DNA of 38,086 bases from a virus (IMGVR_UViG_3300023238_000018:1-38086), one strand, 5' to 3'. Counted from the first letter of the stretch, positions 19,270-28,606 are shown. Program-made: numbers and translations. Notes: generated by a model from the sequence alone, not told the origin.

Positions 19270-19405
19270 TTTAGAATAGAGATTAGAGTTGGATCGAACC
19301 AGCTGGTGCTGGCGTTACGCCGTTCGCTCTGGGTGTCCTATCGGGCCGTTGCTTCGGATGCTGATAGTTCAGGCTCCCGCCAAGGGAGGTGTCTGCTCTG
19401 TGTAA

Positions 19406-19437
19406 CCACTAATCCGCTACTGTGATGCATCTGTCAA
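19406..19437 (-). promoter_or_regulatory. Putative capsid promoter (TTGACA-N19-TTAGTGG)
   Basis: Perfect -35 hexamer just after a terminator; the same architecture recurs at 28607-28638. Confidence 0.5.
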
Positions 19438-19453
19438 CTGGATACATGCCCAC

Positions 19454-19484
19454 AAAAAAGACCCGGGCTGTTACACCCGGGTCT
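19454..19484 (-). terminator. Rho-independent terminator after the scaffold gene
   Basis: Minus strand AGACCCGGG-tgtaacag-CCCGGGTCT followed by a T run. Confidence 0.88.
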
Positions 19485-19531
19485 CCCCCATATGTCTTAT
19501 GAAACCGAGGTGGCTACCTACCCCTAAGCAG

Positions 19532-20545
19532 CTACCTCGGTTTGATCTTCTCCCCAGACCCTGCCTTATACAAGGACGAAACAGCAGCGACTGCCTGCTC
19601 TTTCGATGGGCCAGCCGGTCCCCAGTATGCTTGGTGCTGCGGGTTGGCTGGGTTGTTGATGATGTCGTTGGCCTTCTCGGTGTTGGTCATCCCGGTGCTA
19701 CCACCTGAGGTGTCACCATTGACCAGCGAGTCCTCACTGATGTGGGGCATCATCTTGGCGAACGCTTTGACTACACTCGCCGATTTGAACATCGGGTCAT
19801 TGGCCGGATCCAACCCGAGGGTGCGGGCGACACGGGATGCGTTGTCTGCCTCCTTGGCGAAGTCACCACCCCATGCTTCTTTAAGGCTATCGATCTGGGC
19901 CTTGTCGTGTGCTGCGGTGGTCACCTCTTGCTGAGCTCGAAGCGATGAGGCTTCTTTGATGTCAGCGTCCACCAATGCCCGAACCAACTCTGGTGATGCG
20001 TTGTGCTGATGAAGGATCCCGACCATCCCGTTGACGTAGTCCCCAGCCCATGCCTCTTCAGGAATGTCATCAGGGCGCTTGATGCCATAGTCTTCGGGCT
20101 TCTCTGGGACTCCGTTGGCAATCCGCATGTGGTCGCTGCGTGCCTGCTTGTCAGCATCGCTGGCATCTGCGGGCAGGGGTTGCATCTGCTTACTGCCAAC
20201 CAGCTTGGTCATGTTGAACATGCCGCGCATCATGTCTGCCTCGGTCTTGTATTTGCCCAAGGTGTCCTTGAACCCACGGATGTCCTCTGGGAGGGTCGCT
20301 AGCCGGTCTGGCACTAGATCACCCTTTTCGTCGTAGAAGCTGCTGAGGCGCACGGAACCGGAACCGGAACCGGCACCACCGGCATCACCTGCGCCTTCAC
20401 CACCAGCGCCTTCACCACCTGCGGCGGAACCTTCTCCACCTGACAGCAGCGTTGTGCCACCACCTGAGCCACCAGATCCACCAGTGCCTCCGTCTCCTCC
20501 ACCATCCTCTTCCCAGAGGGTTCTGAATTGTGTGTATTTGATCAT
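19532..20545 (-). CDS. Capsid assembly / scaffolding protein
   Basis: Gly-rich N-terminus, G.PEKPEDY, LK..WG..F, HQAYW; lies immediately upstream of the capsid gene. Confidence 0.85.
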   Translation of the reverse strand: MIKYTQFRTLWEEDGGGDGGTGGSGGSGGGTTLLSGGEGSAAGGEGAGGEGAGDAGGAGSGSGSVRLSSFYDEKGDLVPDRLATLPEDIRGFKDTLGKYKTEADMMRGMFNMTKLVGSKQMQPLPADASDADKQARSDHMRIANGVPEKPEDYGIKRPDDIPEEAWAGDYVNGMVGILHQHNASPELVRALVDADIKEASSLRAQQEVTTAAHDKAQIDSLKEAWGGDFAKEADNASRVARTLGLDPANDPMFKSASVVKAFAKMMPHISEDSLVNGDTSGGSTGMTNTEKANDIINNPANPQHQAYWGPAGPSKEQAVAAVSSLYKAGSGEKIKPR

Positions 20546-20557
20546 CGGTTACAGGGG

Positions 20558-21103
20558 TTAGTCTGAATACATGTCGCTGTCCGTCTCGCCGGACTGTGGC
20601 AATTCGGTGAGGTGGGTCTTGCGGGTGGCCAAGATGCAATCCTGCTCGTAAGGAACATCAATGGGCTCACCCGTTTCATCGTCCAAGGCCTTGCGCCACT
20701 TGGTGACCTTGCCCGGGCCGATGATGCCATACTTGGCCTTGTATTCTTCGGGCTTGTAGTCCCGATACCACTCCACCAATTCAGGCGTCTTGTCGCCGGC
20801 TTGACGGGTCATCTTGGGCATGGGTGGGATAGCCTGCTTGGAGCGGGCGTGCACTGCTGCCTCATCACCGATCAGGATGACCGACTTCACCGTCTTCAGG
20901 TTGGGCTCACCACTGAGCCAGCGGTTGACCGCTCCTCGATACTTCTGATGGTCAGGATGGATCGAAAGAACCCCTCCTGAGAAGTTGGCCACGTGGGTGA
21001 CGTCGCCGTCGTCGTGGCGCATGATCTTGGTGCCCTCGAAGGCGTATCCACGTTGTGGAGCGTCCTCTGGGTAACCGTCCTCTGTCTTTTTGTCTTCTGA
21101 CAT
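20558..21103 (-). CDS. Hypothetical protein
   Basis: 181-aa ORF tightly packed in the late operon. Confidence 0.75.
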   Translation of the reverse strand: MSEDKKTEDGYPEDAPQRGYAFEGTKIMRHDDGDVTHVANFSGGVLSIHPDHQKYRGAVNRWLSGEPNLKTVKSVILIGDEAAVHARSKQAIPPMPKMTRQAGDKTPELVEWYRDYKPEEYKAKYGIIGPGKVTKWRKALDDETGEPIDVPYEQDCILATRKTHLTELPQSGETDSDMYSD

Positions 21104-21131
21104 GTCTTATCCTTTGCTGATGGTTTGCTGA

Positions 21132-21410
21132 CTATTCGGGTCTTGCCCGAGTAAACTCTTGAATCTCGAGGAACAGCATTCGCTTGCCCTCGGCTTGTGC
21201 AGTCCTGAGTGGGCACAGGTGGCCTGCCTTGTCTGGCACCATGGTGGGGCGGTTGGCGTAGCATGCAGCCATCATGTCGTTCCACACGATCTGCTGTGCC
21301 ACGGTCCTGTCTGCGTCGGTGCCATACACTGACCGGTAAGCCTTGATGCGCCTGATCTTGGCCTTGCGGATCTCTGCTGCGTCTTCCTGCGCCTTCTCTA
21401 TGTTGGTCAT
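21132..21410 (-). CDS. Small protein following the portal (Bbp19-like)
   Basis: Y..V.G......V..DM...C...T...TA..EG.R...L.I pattern and position. Confidence 0.75.
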   Translation of the reverse strand: MTNIEKAQEDAAEIRKAKIRRIKAYRSVYGTDADRTVAQQIVWNDMMAACYANRPTMVPDKAGHLCPLRTAQAEGKRMLFLEIQEFTRARPE

Positions 21411-21412
21411 GA

Positions 21413-23089
21413 TTATGGTGACAGGGTGTTGCGCCCGCCTTCGTTGGCAGAACTCAGATCCTTCACAGCCTTGGCAATGCCGGGCGCTGCTTCAGCTGCC
21501 ATGGCCTGCTGTTGCTGCTCTGCCCGTGCTTCTCGCATTGCGTCCCGGTCGAATACGTCACGCATCCATTCGGTGGGCAGGGCGAGGTTGTGACTGATGC
21601 CACGGGCGATCTTGTCGGTGTCCCAGTTGTCCATGATCTCTGGGGCAATCTCCATCATTGGTTGGAAGATCGAGATCAGCTGGAGGAATGCGTTGTTCTC
21701 CACTGCCTTGATTGCCATGGCCAGCTTCGAGGTGAGCACGACCTTGGGCAGCGGCAGGATGGGTGATCCATCAGGTCCGGCCATCATTGCGCCGATGGGG
21801 GGCTCTTCGAATCTGCCGGCACGATACATCATGTTGAACACCCGGGTGAGCACTGGGGTGAGAACCTCATGGTCAATGCGGTAGAACGTCGGGCTGAAGT
21901 TGGCCACCTTCTCTGCCAATCGTTCGGCGATCTCGTAAGCAGTGCGGTCACCCTGATCCATGGACTTGAGCATCTGGAACAGGTCCACGTGGTAGGCTCG
22001 GTTGATGGCCTCGTCCTTGGACTCGATACGATCCTTGCCGATGTCGTAGCGCCCCTGCGTGCCCCACTCCTCTGGCTTGGCGTGTGGGGCGGCTGGGTTG
22101 ACGTCGTATGGCGTGATGCCTCCTGAGCGTAGATCGATGTCACCCTCTTGGCCGGATGGGGTGAGGATCCGTGGGAATGCTGCGATCTCTGCGAGTGCAT
22201 CCATCTGCTGCTCGATGAAGTTGACCTGCTTGACCGTGGGTAGCGTGGAGATCGATGGGCTGTAACCGTAGGGGTCTTTGCCCCACTTGAGGTAGCGGCT
22301 GATCATGGTGGGCATCTCGTCGTAGCCACCTTCGGAAATGACCTGCGAGTCCTTGACTGCCACGTAGGTGGATCCGATGCGCTTGTTGATGCCATCGAAG
22401 CGTTTCACATCCCGGCCCATGCGTGGCTCAATCACGTGGAGCAGCTCGAACTTCTCATCAGCTGCCTTGGTGTTCTCGCTTTGCTGGTAGTCCTGCCATG
22501 CTTTTAGAATGATCGGTGGCAGCTTGTCCTCACCGAACTTCATGGCGCACTGCCGGGCAGTCATGGAGAACTGTCGGAACACTGTATCCACATACCCCTC
22601 ATCGTCCTCGCAGACACAGAAGTCACCCACATCGAACTTCTGGAAGTTGAGCAATGAACGCTTGCCCTCCTCTAGGTGCAGGGAGGCTGTGCCGAATCCA
22701 CCACGATCTAGGAAATGCTCATGGATGTTCAGGTAGAAGTTGGACCGGGCCAGCTCCATCATCGCCCGCTTGGTGGCCTTTCGATACCACATGATCGCAT
22801 CGTCGTCCTCACCCAGCTCTTCGGGTGGCTCCCATGCGAACCAGTTGCCGCTGACCATGTAGTCCTTCTGGCCAGCTGCGAGCACCCCGTTGGCCTCCAC
22901 TGCAGTCTGGTTGTAGAGGTCCGAGTTAAGGTCTGACCCGGGGGTTCTGCTGGTGGTGATCTGGGCCTTGCGTGGCATCACGTAGTCGGCGATCTCCTGC
23001 CATAGTGATTCCCAGCTGGACGCATTGGTCTTGAGCTGGGAGTGGCGCTTGAGCAAGTCGAGTGCTCGGGGGTCTTTGGTGATCGTCAT
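21413..23089 (-). CDS. Portal / head-tail connector protein
   Basis: WE..WQEIADYVMP, SNFY, FGTA, VDTVFR, R......YG.SP, TAYEI.ER..EK motifs. Confidence 0.95.
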   Translation of the reverse strand: MTITKDPRALDLLKRHSQLKTNASSWESLWQEIADYVMPRKAQITTSRTPGSDLNSDLYNQTAVEANGVLAAGQKDYMVSGNWFAWEPPEELGEDDDAIMWYRKATKRAMMELARSNFYLNIHEHFLDRGGFGTASLHLEEGKRSLLNFQKFDVGDFCVCEDDEGYVDTVFRQFSMTARQCAMKFGEDKLPPIILKAWQDYQQSENTKAADEKFELLHVIEPRMGRDVKRFDGINKRIGSTYVAVKDSQVISEGGYDEMPTMISRYLKWGKDPYGYSPSISTLPTVKQVNFIEQQMDALAEIAAFPRILTPSGQEGDIDLRSGGITPYDVNPAAPHAKPEEWGTQGRYDIGKDRIESKDEAINRAYHVDLFQMLKSMDQGDRTAYEIAERLAEKVANFSPTFYRIDHEVLTPVLTRVFNMMYRAGRFEEPPIGAMMAGPDGSPILPLPKVVLTSKLAMAIKAVENNAFLQLISIFQPMMEIAPEIMDNWDTDKIARGISHNLALPTEWMRDVFDRDAMREARAEQQQQAMAAEAAPGIAKAVKDLSSANEGGRNTLSP

Positions 23090-23092
23090 TGA

Positions 23093-23302
23093 TTAGCCTC
23101 CTAGGAGTGTTTGCGGTGCGGTGACTGCTCCACCCGTCTCACCTGCGATGAGTGTCTTCCGGTAGCCTGACCGGCGCTTGGCATCACGTCTGGACTGCAT
23201 GGATGCTGCCTTCACTTCGGTGGATCGTTCGGTCACGGGTGGCGTGATGGTTGGTTGCGGATTCGATGCCCGGTCTGGGCTTTTTGAGCTTCTGAAACAC
23301 AT
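23093..23302 (-). CDS. Small virion protein upstream of the portal
   Basis: MCF... start, G...T.IAG and terminal TLLGG, typical of this podovirus gene slot. Confidence 0.75.
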   Translation of the reverse strand: MCFRSSKSPDRASNPQPTITPPVTERSTEVKAASMQSRRDAKRRSGYRKTLIAGETGGAVTAPQTLLGG

Positions 23303-23303
23303 G

Positions 23304-23654
23304 TTAGATTTCCCCTATGAATAATTCGCCTGCTCCAAGGCGGGTGAGTCCCAGCCTTTCCAAGTATTGGTAATATGGTGACGTTGTCTCTGTGGGCAAG
23401 ATAATGCGGGCGTGGCCAAGGTCGCGCATGGTCTGTCTGATGTGGCAGAAAACCTTGAACGAAACCATGGGGGTCTGGGCTGAGTGAACCCACATAAACA
23501 CGGCCGGTGCGTAGACCGTCGAGAAGGCAGCGATGATCTGTCCTTGGTCATCTGATACAGCATGGCTAACGCATGGCACGTTGTGACCATCCATCACCAT
23601 CAGGTTGTGGACATAGGCCGACTCGACCGGGGTGGTTATCTGGTATGTTTTCAT
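23304..23654 (-). CDS. Hypothetical protein, possibly GNAT-like
   Basis: Packed between terL and the small virion gene; ends ...YLERLGLTRLG. Confidence 0.65.
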   Translation of the reverse strand: MKTYQITTPVESAYVHNLMVMDGHNVPCVSHAVSDDQGQIIAAFSTVYAPAVFMWVHSAQTPMVSFKVFCHIRQTMRDLGHARIILPTETTSPYYQYLERLGLTRLGAGELFIGEI

Positions 23655-25258
23655 CGGATACTTCTGGGGGCGCGGGCGCGGGGTCTGTTGATTGCACCAT
23701 GGTTGGATCTGATGCCCGTCTTGGCCTGTGGGTTGAGCCCGGTCTTGGGCTTGGCTGGGATGGCTGATCGGTCGGTGAGGTAGCCACCTTTGATCGCTTG
23801 GTGAATGTAGCCAAAGGCTGTGCTGAAGTGGGATGCCCAGTCATGCACCGGCACGTTGCGCACACTCTGCCCGTCGCTCTCCTCCTTGGACCTGAACGCA
23901 TCCAATGCATCGATACCGCCCTCGCACCCGTCGAGGTTGAAGGCACAGCGGGCGATGGATGCCAGACCTTGGTTGATGTTGTCCCACTCATTGATATTGC
24001 GGGCCATGCAGACGGTGTGGTCGAGGCCTGCCCTGATCAGCTGGCCTTGGTAGTCCACTGCAGCGTCATGTGGGAGGAAGTGACCACCGTAGTTGAATGG
24101 CAGCGCCTTGATGCGTTTGGCCCATGCACCGGCGTGGTTGCAGTCGTCCCCACCCGTCAGGGACAGCAGCAGGTTGATGCGATCACCCACCACTTGGAAG
24201 AACCACACCTTGGTGTTCCACGGTGCGCCGATGTCCCATGCCGTGTAGACCGGGAGTGCATCGTAGTGCAGCACCATGTTGTTGATCCGGCCATCACCCC
24301 GGGCCTTGTCCACATCTGATGCGTAGATGGCACCCGGGAATGGGGCACGCCAACACTCCTCAATGGTGCTGGGATACTCCGAGTAGATCATGCGCTTCAG
24401 GCTGACCTTCTTTTTGAAATACCAGAGGCGCTGGCCACCACTCAGCTCGATGCCCAGCTGCGTCTCAAGGTCATCCAGATACTTGACCACCTTGGGCGGG
24501 ATCTGGGAGACGTCGCCCTCCAGCGTGTATCGAGGCTCCAAATACCAGCCAAAGAACAGCACCTTGTAGTCGATCTTGGTCCGGTGCTCTGGTGAGACGG
24601 TCAATGCATCAGTGACCAGATCATACCATGCTCCCCCTTTACCACCCTTGTGCGTCGACTCGAAGATCACGATGGCGCTCTCCCCTGAGGCCGATGGCAC
24701 AGCACCTGTCAGGATCTCTTCCGCCCGCTTTGGATCGTTGAAGGCGATGATGCCGAACTCTGAAACGTGGACATACTGATTGGTCGCACCCCGGGCATTC
24801 TTGCCGGCATACACTGCCGAGTCATTGGCCCAGCCTAGGGCGCTCTGGTTGTCCTCGGTCAGTGCGTCCCGTAGCTCTTGGGGCAGCCGATCATAGGCAT
24901 ACTTGACCATCTTGAGCTTGTTGGCGGCATCGTCGTGGGTCTTGTCCACGATGGAGCAGTTGGTGTCGTTGGTGAACAGTGAGGTGTCCAGCGCGATGAT
25001 CGCCGCTAGGGTGGTGATGCCAAGCTGACGAGCCTTTGGGACGGCAAGGCGCTGCTCATGGTTGATGAACAGCTCATAGAGCACCACGCACTGCGCCCAG
25101 TTGGGGACGAACTTGGTCTCCACTCCCTCGGCATTCTTGATCCAGTAGAGGTTACATATCCGAACCAATGGGTCGGTGAGTAGGTCGGCAACTTGCTCGT
25201 CGGTGGCATCGTCGGGTATCCGATAGTCGGCTACGTCGATAGCTTGGTGGGTGTTCAT
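23651..25258 (-). CDS. terL: Terminase large subunit
   Basis: Walker A KARQLGITT, Walker B YVHVSE, coupling motif EST, nuclease motifs AWDIG, LPHD, HDWASH. Confidence 0.95.
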   Translation of the reverse strand: MNTHQAIDVADYRIPDDATDEQVADLLTDPLVRICNLYWIKNAEGVETKFVPNWAQCVVLYELFINHEQRLAVPKARQLGITTLAAIIALDTSLFTNDTNCSIVDKTHDDAANKLKMVKYAYDRLPQELRDALTEDNQSALGWANDSAVYAGKNARGATNQYVHVSEFGIIAFNDPKRAEEILTGAVPSASGESAIVIFESTHKGGKGGAWYDLVTDALTVSPEHRTKIDYKVLFFGWYLEPRYTLEGDVSQIPPKVVKYLDDLETQLGIELSGGQRLWYFKKKVSLKRMIYSEYPSTIEECWRAPFPGAIYASDVDKARGDGRINNMVLHYDALPVYTAWDIGAPWNTKVWFFQVVGDRINLLLSLTGGDDCNHAGAWAKRIKALPFNYGGHFLPHDAAVDYQGQLIRAGLDHTVCMARNINEWDNINQGLASIARCAFNLDGCEGGIDALDAFRSKEESDGQSVRNVPVHDWASHFSTAFGYIHQAIKGGYLTDRSAIPAKPKTGLNPQAKTGIRSNHGAINRPRARAPRSIR

Positions 25259-25267
25259 AGATTGGTC

Positions 25268-25651
25268 CTACCTCTTGCCCTTGCGGATCCGGTAGAGCAG
25301 CGAGCCTTCAACCTTCAGCTCCATCTTCTCGGGTGCATCGTAGCCACACATCTTGGCTGTGCGCTCAATGGCTGATATCTTGTCCCGGTTGGTGGCCTTG
25401 GGTGACTGGGCTATTCCGGCCAGCAGTTCGAGCGACTTGGCCCGGTCGAGCATCTTGGCTTTATCCTGCTTCGCACGCTCTGTGGCCATGTATACCCGCA
25501 CCCCCTTGTGGGCAACAAGGTCCACTGCCTTCCTCGCTACTGCCCTTGTGCTGCCCCGGGTGTTGTAAGCCCCCCGGTAAGCGTCCGAACCAGTGCTGCC
25601 CTTGAGGATGAAATCGGCGAACGCGATCTGCTTGGCTGATAGAGGTCTCAC
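25268..25651 (-). CDS. terS: Terminase small subunit
   Basis: LSAKQIAFAD...G....AY..AY HTH-type N-terminus, KISAIE..AKM.G, directly upstream of terL. Confidence 0.88.
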   Translation of the reverse strand: MRPLSAKQIAFADFILKGSTGSDAYRGAYNTRGSTRAVARKAVDLVAHKGVRVYMATERAKQDKAKMLDRAKSLELLAGIAQSPKATNRDKISAIERTAKMCGYDAPEKMELKVEGSLLYRIRKGKR

Positions 25652-25989
25652 TTGGATTCAGGGGATGGAGGGCCGTAACGAGGGCGGACTAGGGCGAATG
25701 TGAACGCCCCGTCTATCCACCTGACGATGCTGTAGCCGCAATCGAATACGGCTGCTAGGAGATTCCAGACTGGGAGGATTGCTGCTACTGATCTGCCTAG
25801 GACTGCCCCAATGGTGAGCTGGGGGTTGTAGTATTTCTCTGTGCAGTTCTGGGTGTCTAGCTTCCAGCCTCTGACGCAGCGTCCGCTGTAGCAAATGGTG
25901 CAGATGGTGAGGGGTAACCAGTAAAGGAATACAGCGAGGAGGCTGTTGAATTCGAATGATGTGAGGAGGTGGAATATGCGGTCGAACAT
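25648..25989 (-). CDS. Hypothetical membrane protein
   Basis: Likely start ATG 25989 (MFDRIF...); two hydrophobic segments; overlaps the terS start. Confidence 0.65.
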   Translation of the reverse strand: MFDRIFHLLTSFEFNSLLAVFLYWLPLTICTICYSGRCVRGWKLDTQNCTEKYYNPQLTIGAVLGRSVAAILPVWNLLAAVFDCGYSIVRWIDGAFTFALVRPRYGPPSPESK

Positions 25990-25996
25990 GATGGTC

Positions 25997-27679
25997 TTAA
26001 TTGTTGTTGAACGTTGTGAAGGTGGGGCCGGTGGCTCCGTGGCTGATAGTGGTGCCTCCCATGGCAATGTTGTTGCCGCACTTGTTGGTGGAGGAGGCCT
26101 TGAGCTGGTTGTAGCTCAGCCACGTGGATGAATTGGTGTTTGATAGGACTCCACTGATCAGCACGTCCTCCATGGTCAAACTACCTTGTGATCCTCCCGG
26201 GGTGAGGTAGATGGCTTCGTTGCCTCCGTTGGGGATTTCGATGGAGGTGTTGGCGATGGTGAGTCCTATCCAATTGGTGCCTGATGCTGTTTCGTCGATG
26301 GCTACTCCCCGATAAAATGCTGTATCCGTTTCGCGGATGCTGCCACCAATGATCGCCACGCTGCTGAAGTCTCCGATGTAAATTCCCACGACACTCTTGA
26401 TGTCATCTATTACGTTTTCCGAGCACGTCACATTGTCCGCTCCTGTGATGCGGATTCCGTAGCCTGAGTAGTATCCAACATCCCCTGTGATCATGTTGCC
26501 ACGCAGCTGGATCTGCTCTGGTCGCCCGCCTGACTCTTTGACCACGATGATCCCGGACTGTTTGACCTGACTGATCACGTTGGACTCGACCATGATCTGC
26601 TTGGTATCTGCGAGAATGGCGATGCCTCTGCCCCATGCTGAGATTGCAATGGTTGCAGTTGCGCCGGATCCGCCTCCACCGGTGAACCCCACGGTGATTG
26701 CTGCAGCTACTGCGTCAGTGTGTCCGGTGCCGGAAGTGGTGATCAATACCAGCCTGACGATGCCCCCCGTCACTACTGCTGTAGCTGCTACTCCAGCCGG
26801 TGCTCCGGTCAGGGTTACGGTTGGTGCTGTCGTATAACCTGTGCCTCCTGCTGTGACTCCGATGGTCATAACATCCCTTCGGGCTCGACAGATGTTGTTC
26901 GAGATTAGCACGTCCTGACTTTCACTGCATGCGATGATGTCGTCGTCGCAGCCAAGTATCATGTTATTGGATATGACTGCGTGCAGCAGGTTCTTTGTGT
27001 TGATCCCGTCTGCGTAATTGTTGCCGACTAAGTTGTGGTGGCAGTTGAGGCCGATCATCGGATCAGTGGAGAGGTCTCTGCCCCCCCCGAACTGGAATGC
27101 AAACTCACCTGAGTTGATTACTTCATTGTCGTAGAAACTGCAGTAGTCTGCATCGACTACCACTGCCTGCTGGCCCGGTTTCCGGTAGACGCAATTGCCA
27201 TCAAAGGTCATGCCGCAGATGGTCACGAATACACAGTCCTCATCGACATCCAGCACCCTCCCGCCTGTGGTTGCGGGGTGATCATAGGTGCCGTCAGATA
27301 CCGCTGATGTCCCGGTATTGCGTAGCGTGCTTACCCCTTTCCCTTCCCCCTTTATTGTGATTCCGGTCAGGTTCGATATGGCCACATCTCCAAGGTAGAC
27401 ACCGGGAGGGAAATACAGGACAGAGTCGTCGGTCATTGCTGCCACTGCTGCGTCAATCGCTGTCCGATCATCGGTGGCACCATCACCCACTGCGCCGTGG
27501 TCCTTTACGTTGATCCACCCCAGCTCGGTCATGGTGATGTCACCTGAGCCACCACCACCACTGCTGGTGGGCGTGCCTCCCTTTGCTGCGTTGCCTCCAT
27601 CACTGGGCACGTCAGGTGCTGGGCCTGCTATGGCGCGATCTCTGAGCGTCGAGCCTGAGCTGTTGGTGCTAATGGCCAT
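25997..27679 (-). CDS. Right-handed beta-helix (pectate-lyase-like) tailspike / depolymerase
   Basis: INVKDHGAVGDGATDDRTAIDAA, LYFPPGVY, parallel beta-helix repeats (ISNN, DGI, DD.I). Confidence 0.85.
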   Translation of the reverse strand: MAISTNSSGSTLRDRAIAGPAPDVPSDGGNAAKGGTPTSSGGGGSGDITMTELGWINVKDHGAVGDGATDDRTAIDAAVAAMTDDSVLYFPPGVYLGDVAISNLTGITIKGEGKGVSTLRNTGTSAVSDGTYDHPATTGGRVLDVDEDCVFVTICGMTFDGNCVYRKPGQQAVVVDADYCSFYDNEVINSGEFAFQFGGGRDLSTDPMIGLNCHHNLVGNNYADGINTKNLLHAVISNNMILGCDDDIIACSESQDVLISNNICRARRDVMTIGVTAGGTGYTTAPTVTLTGAPAGVAATAVVTGGIVRLVLITTSGTGHTDAVAAAITVGFTGGGGSGATATIAISAWGRGIAILADTKQIMVESNVISQVKQSGIIVVKESGGRPEQIQLRGNMITGDVGYYSGYGIRITGADNVTCSENVIDDIKSVVGIYIGDFSSVAIIGGSIRETDTAFYRGVAIDETASGTNWIGLTIANTSIEIPNGGNEAIYLTPGGSQGSLTMEDVLISGVLSNTNSSTWLSYNQLKASSTNKCGNNIAMGGTTISHGATGPTFTTFNNN

Positions 27680-28101
27680 TAGTTGCGGGTGTTCAGGTTT
27701 TTCCAGTGCCAGACGTGGTGAAGCTCTGGTCGCCCGCCTTCACCTGTGATGATATGGGTCTCTGGCTCCGTCCGCAGGACCATGGCTACGTCATCCCAGC
27801 ACACCCACACCGTTTGCCCGTCTTGCGACCGCTCGTTTAGGTGATTTTTAATCGATTCCTCCGATTGCTTCTGCCCGGTGTGGACCCGAATTGTCTCTGC
27901 CGTCAGCTCACACAATTTCGCCACGTAGTTGTCGGCAATCTTGGTCGCAAGCACTCGGGTCAGGCCTTCATCTTCCACGACTTGGAAGCTGGATCGCTGC
28001 TCGGTGGTCTCATCGAGGATGGTCATGCCTAGGACATTGGCCAGTTTCAGGCTGCTAGGCAATGATGATTGATGCGCTGCAAAGTCTGGAGGAGCGGACA
28101 C
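27679..28101 (-). CDS. Hypothetical protein
   Basis: GTG start; its stop overlaps the next ATG (TAATG). Confidence 0.65.
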   Translation of the reverse strand: MSAPPDFAAHQSSLPSSLKLANVLGMTILDETTEQRSSFQVVEDEGLTRVLATKIADNYVAKLCELTAETIRVHTGQKQSEESIKNHLNERSQDGQTVWVCWDDVAMVLRTEPETHIITGEGGRPELHHVWHWKNLNTRN

Positions 28102-28164
28102 ACTTCACCTAAGCAGATGAAGTGTGATGATTCGTGCAAATGCAGTTATCGCGTATCACTTTAC

Positions 28165-28340
28165 CCGTAGCAAATCCCCCCGGCATACGTCCAATTCAAG
28201 GGTGTAATTAGCTGAGTCGGTGGCACAGGATTTACGCCTGCCGTCTGGATCATTGTATCCGGTCCAGTCCGCTGCGGTCGCGACCCGCTTGCCAAAACCG
28301 CCTGAGAGGGACCACCGACTCAGCCAATTACATGCTACGG
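28165..28340 (-). ncRNA. Unidentified structured RNA candidate
   Basis: 21-bp stem 28203-28223/28312-28332 (one G-U on the minus strand), outer 8-bp stem 28165-28172/28333-28340, several internal hairpins; downstream of the tRNA. Confidence 0.6.
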
Positions 28341-28417
28341 TCCTCAGCTCTTTCGAGCACGTAGAATTAAGTCCGGTTGGTAGTAGTGTATTCAGGCCGG
28401 ACACCGTAGACAGGCAT

Positions 28418-28493
28418 TGGTAGCAGAGGAGGGATTCGAACCCCCGACTTCCAGATTATGAGTCTAGCGATCTAACCGCTGATCTACTCTGCA
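28418..28493 (-). tRNA. tRNA-Met (CAT), initiator-like
   Basis: 76-nt cloverleaf TGCAGAG TA GATC AGCGGTTA GATC G CTAGA CTCATAA TCTGG AAGTC GGGGG TTCGAAT CCCTC CTCTGCT A CCA, with encoded CCA. Confidence 0.95.
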
Positions 28494-28606
28494 ACAATGG
28501 CCTGTCATGCCTCCCGGGTGGCGCTCTTGCGAGGTTCGAGCCTTGGGGAGGGGTTCCAGTGGCTATCGCTGAGAGCTGGGATCAGTGACCATTCTTCGTG
28601 GTTGAG

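Noticed and set aside
25648-25989. Holin
   Set aside because: It is hydrophobic, but no endolysin is adjacent and no holin-specific feature is recognisable.
1364-28032. Numerous plus-strand ORFs in the late arm, and likewise minus-strand ORFs in the early arm
   Set aside because: They are antisense shadows of GC-rich genes with no recognisable motifs.
28165-28340. Retron msr/msd or DGR element
   Set aside because: No reverse transcriptase in the window and no TR/VR pair differing only at adenines.
28155-28365. Hammerhead ribozyme (minus-strand CTGAGGA fits CUGANGA next to a stem)
   Set aside because: The following core reads GTAAA rather than GAAA, and I find no proper NUH cleavage triplet or stem III.
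28508-28558. Second canonical tRNA on the plus strand (GTTCGA...CCA)
   Set aside because: No D arm or anticodon arm, and the T-loop-to-CCA spacing is wrong; kept only as a structured-element finding.
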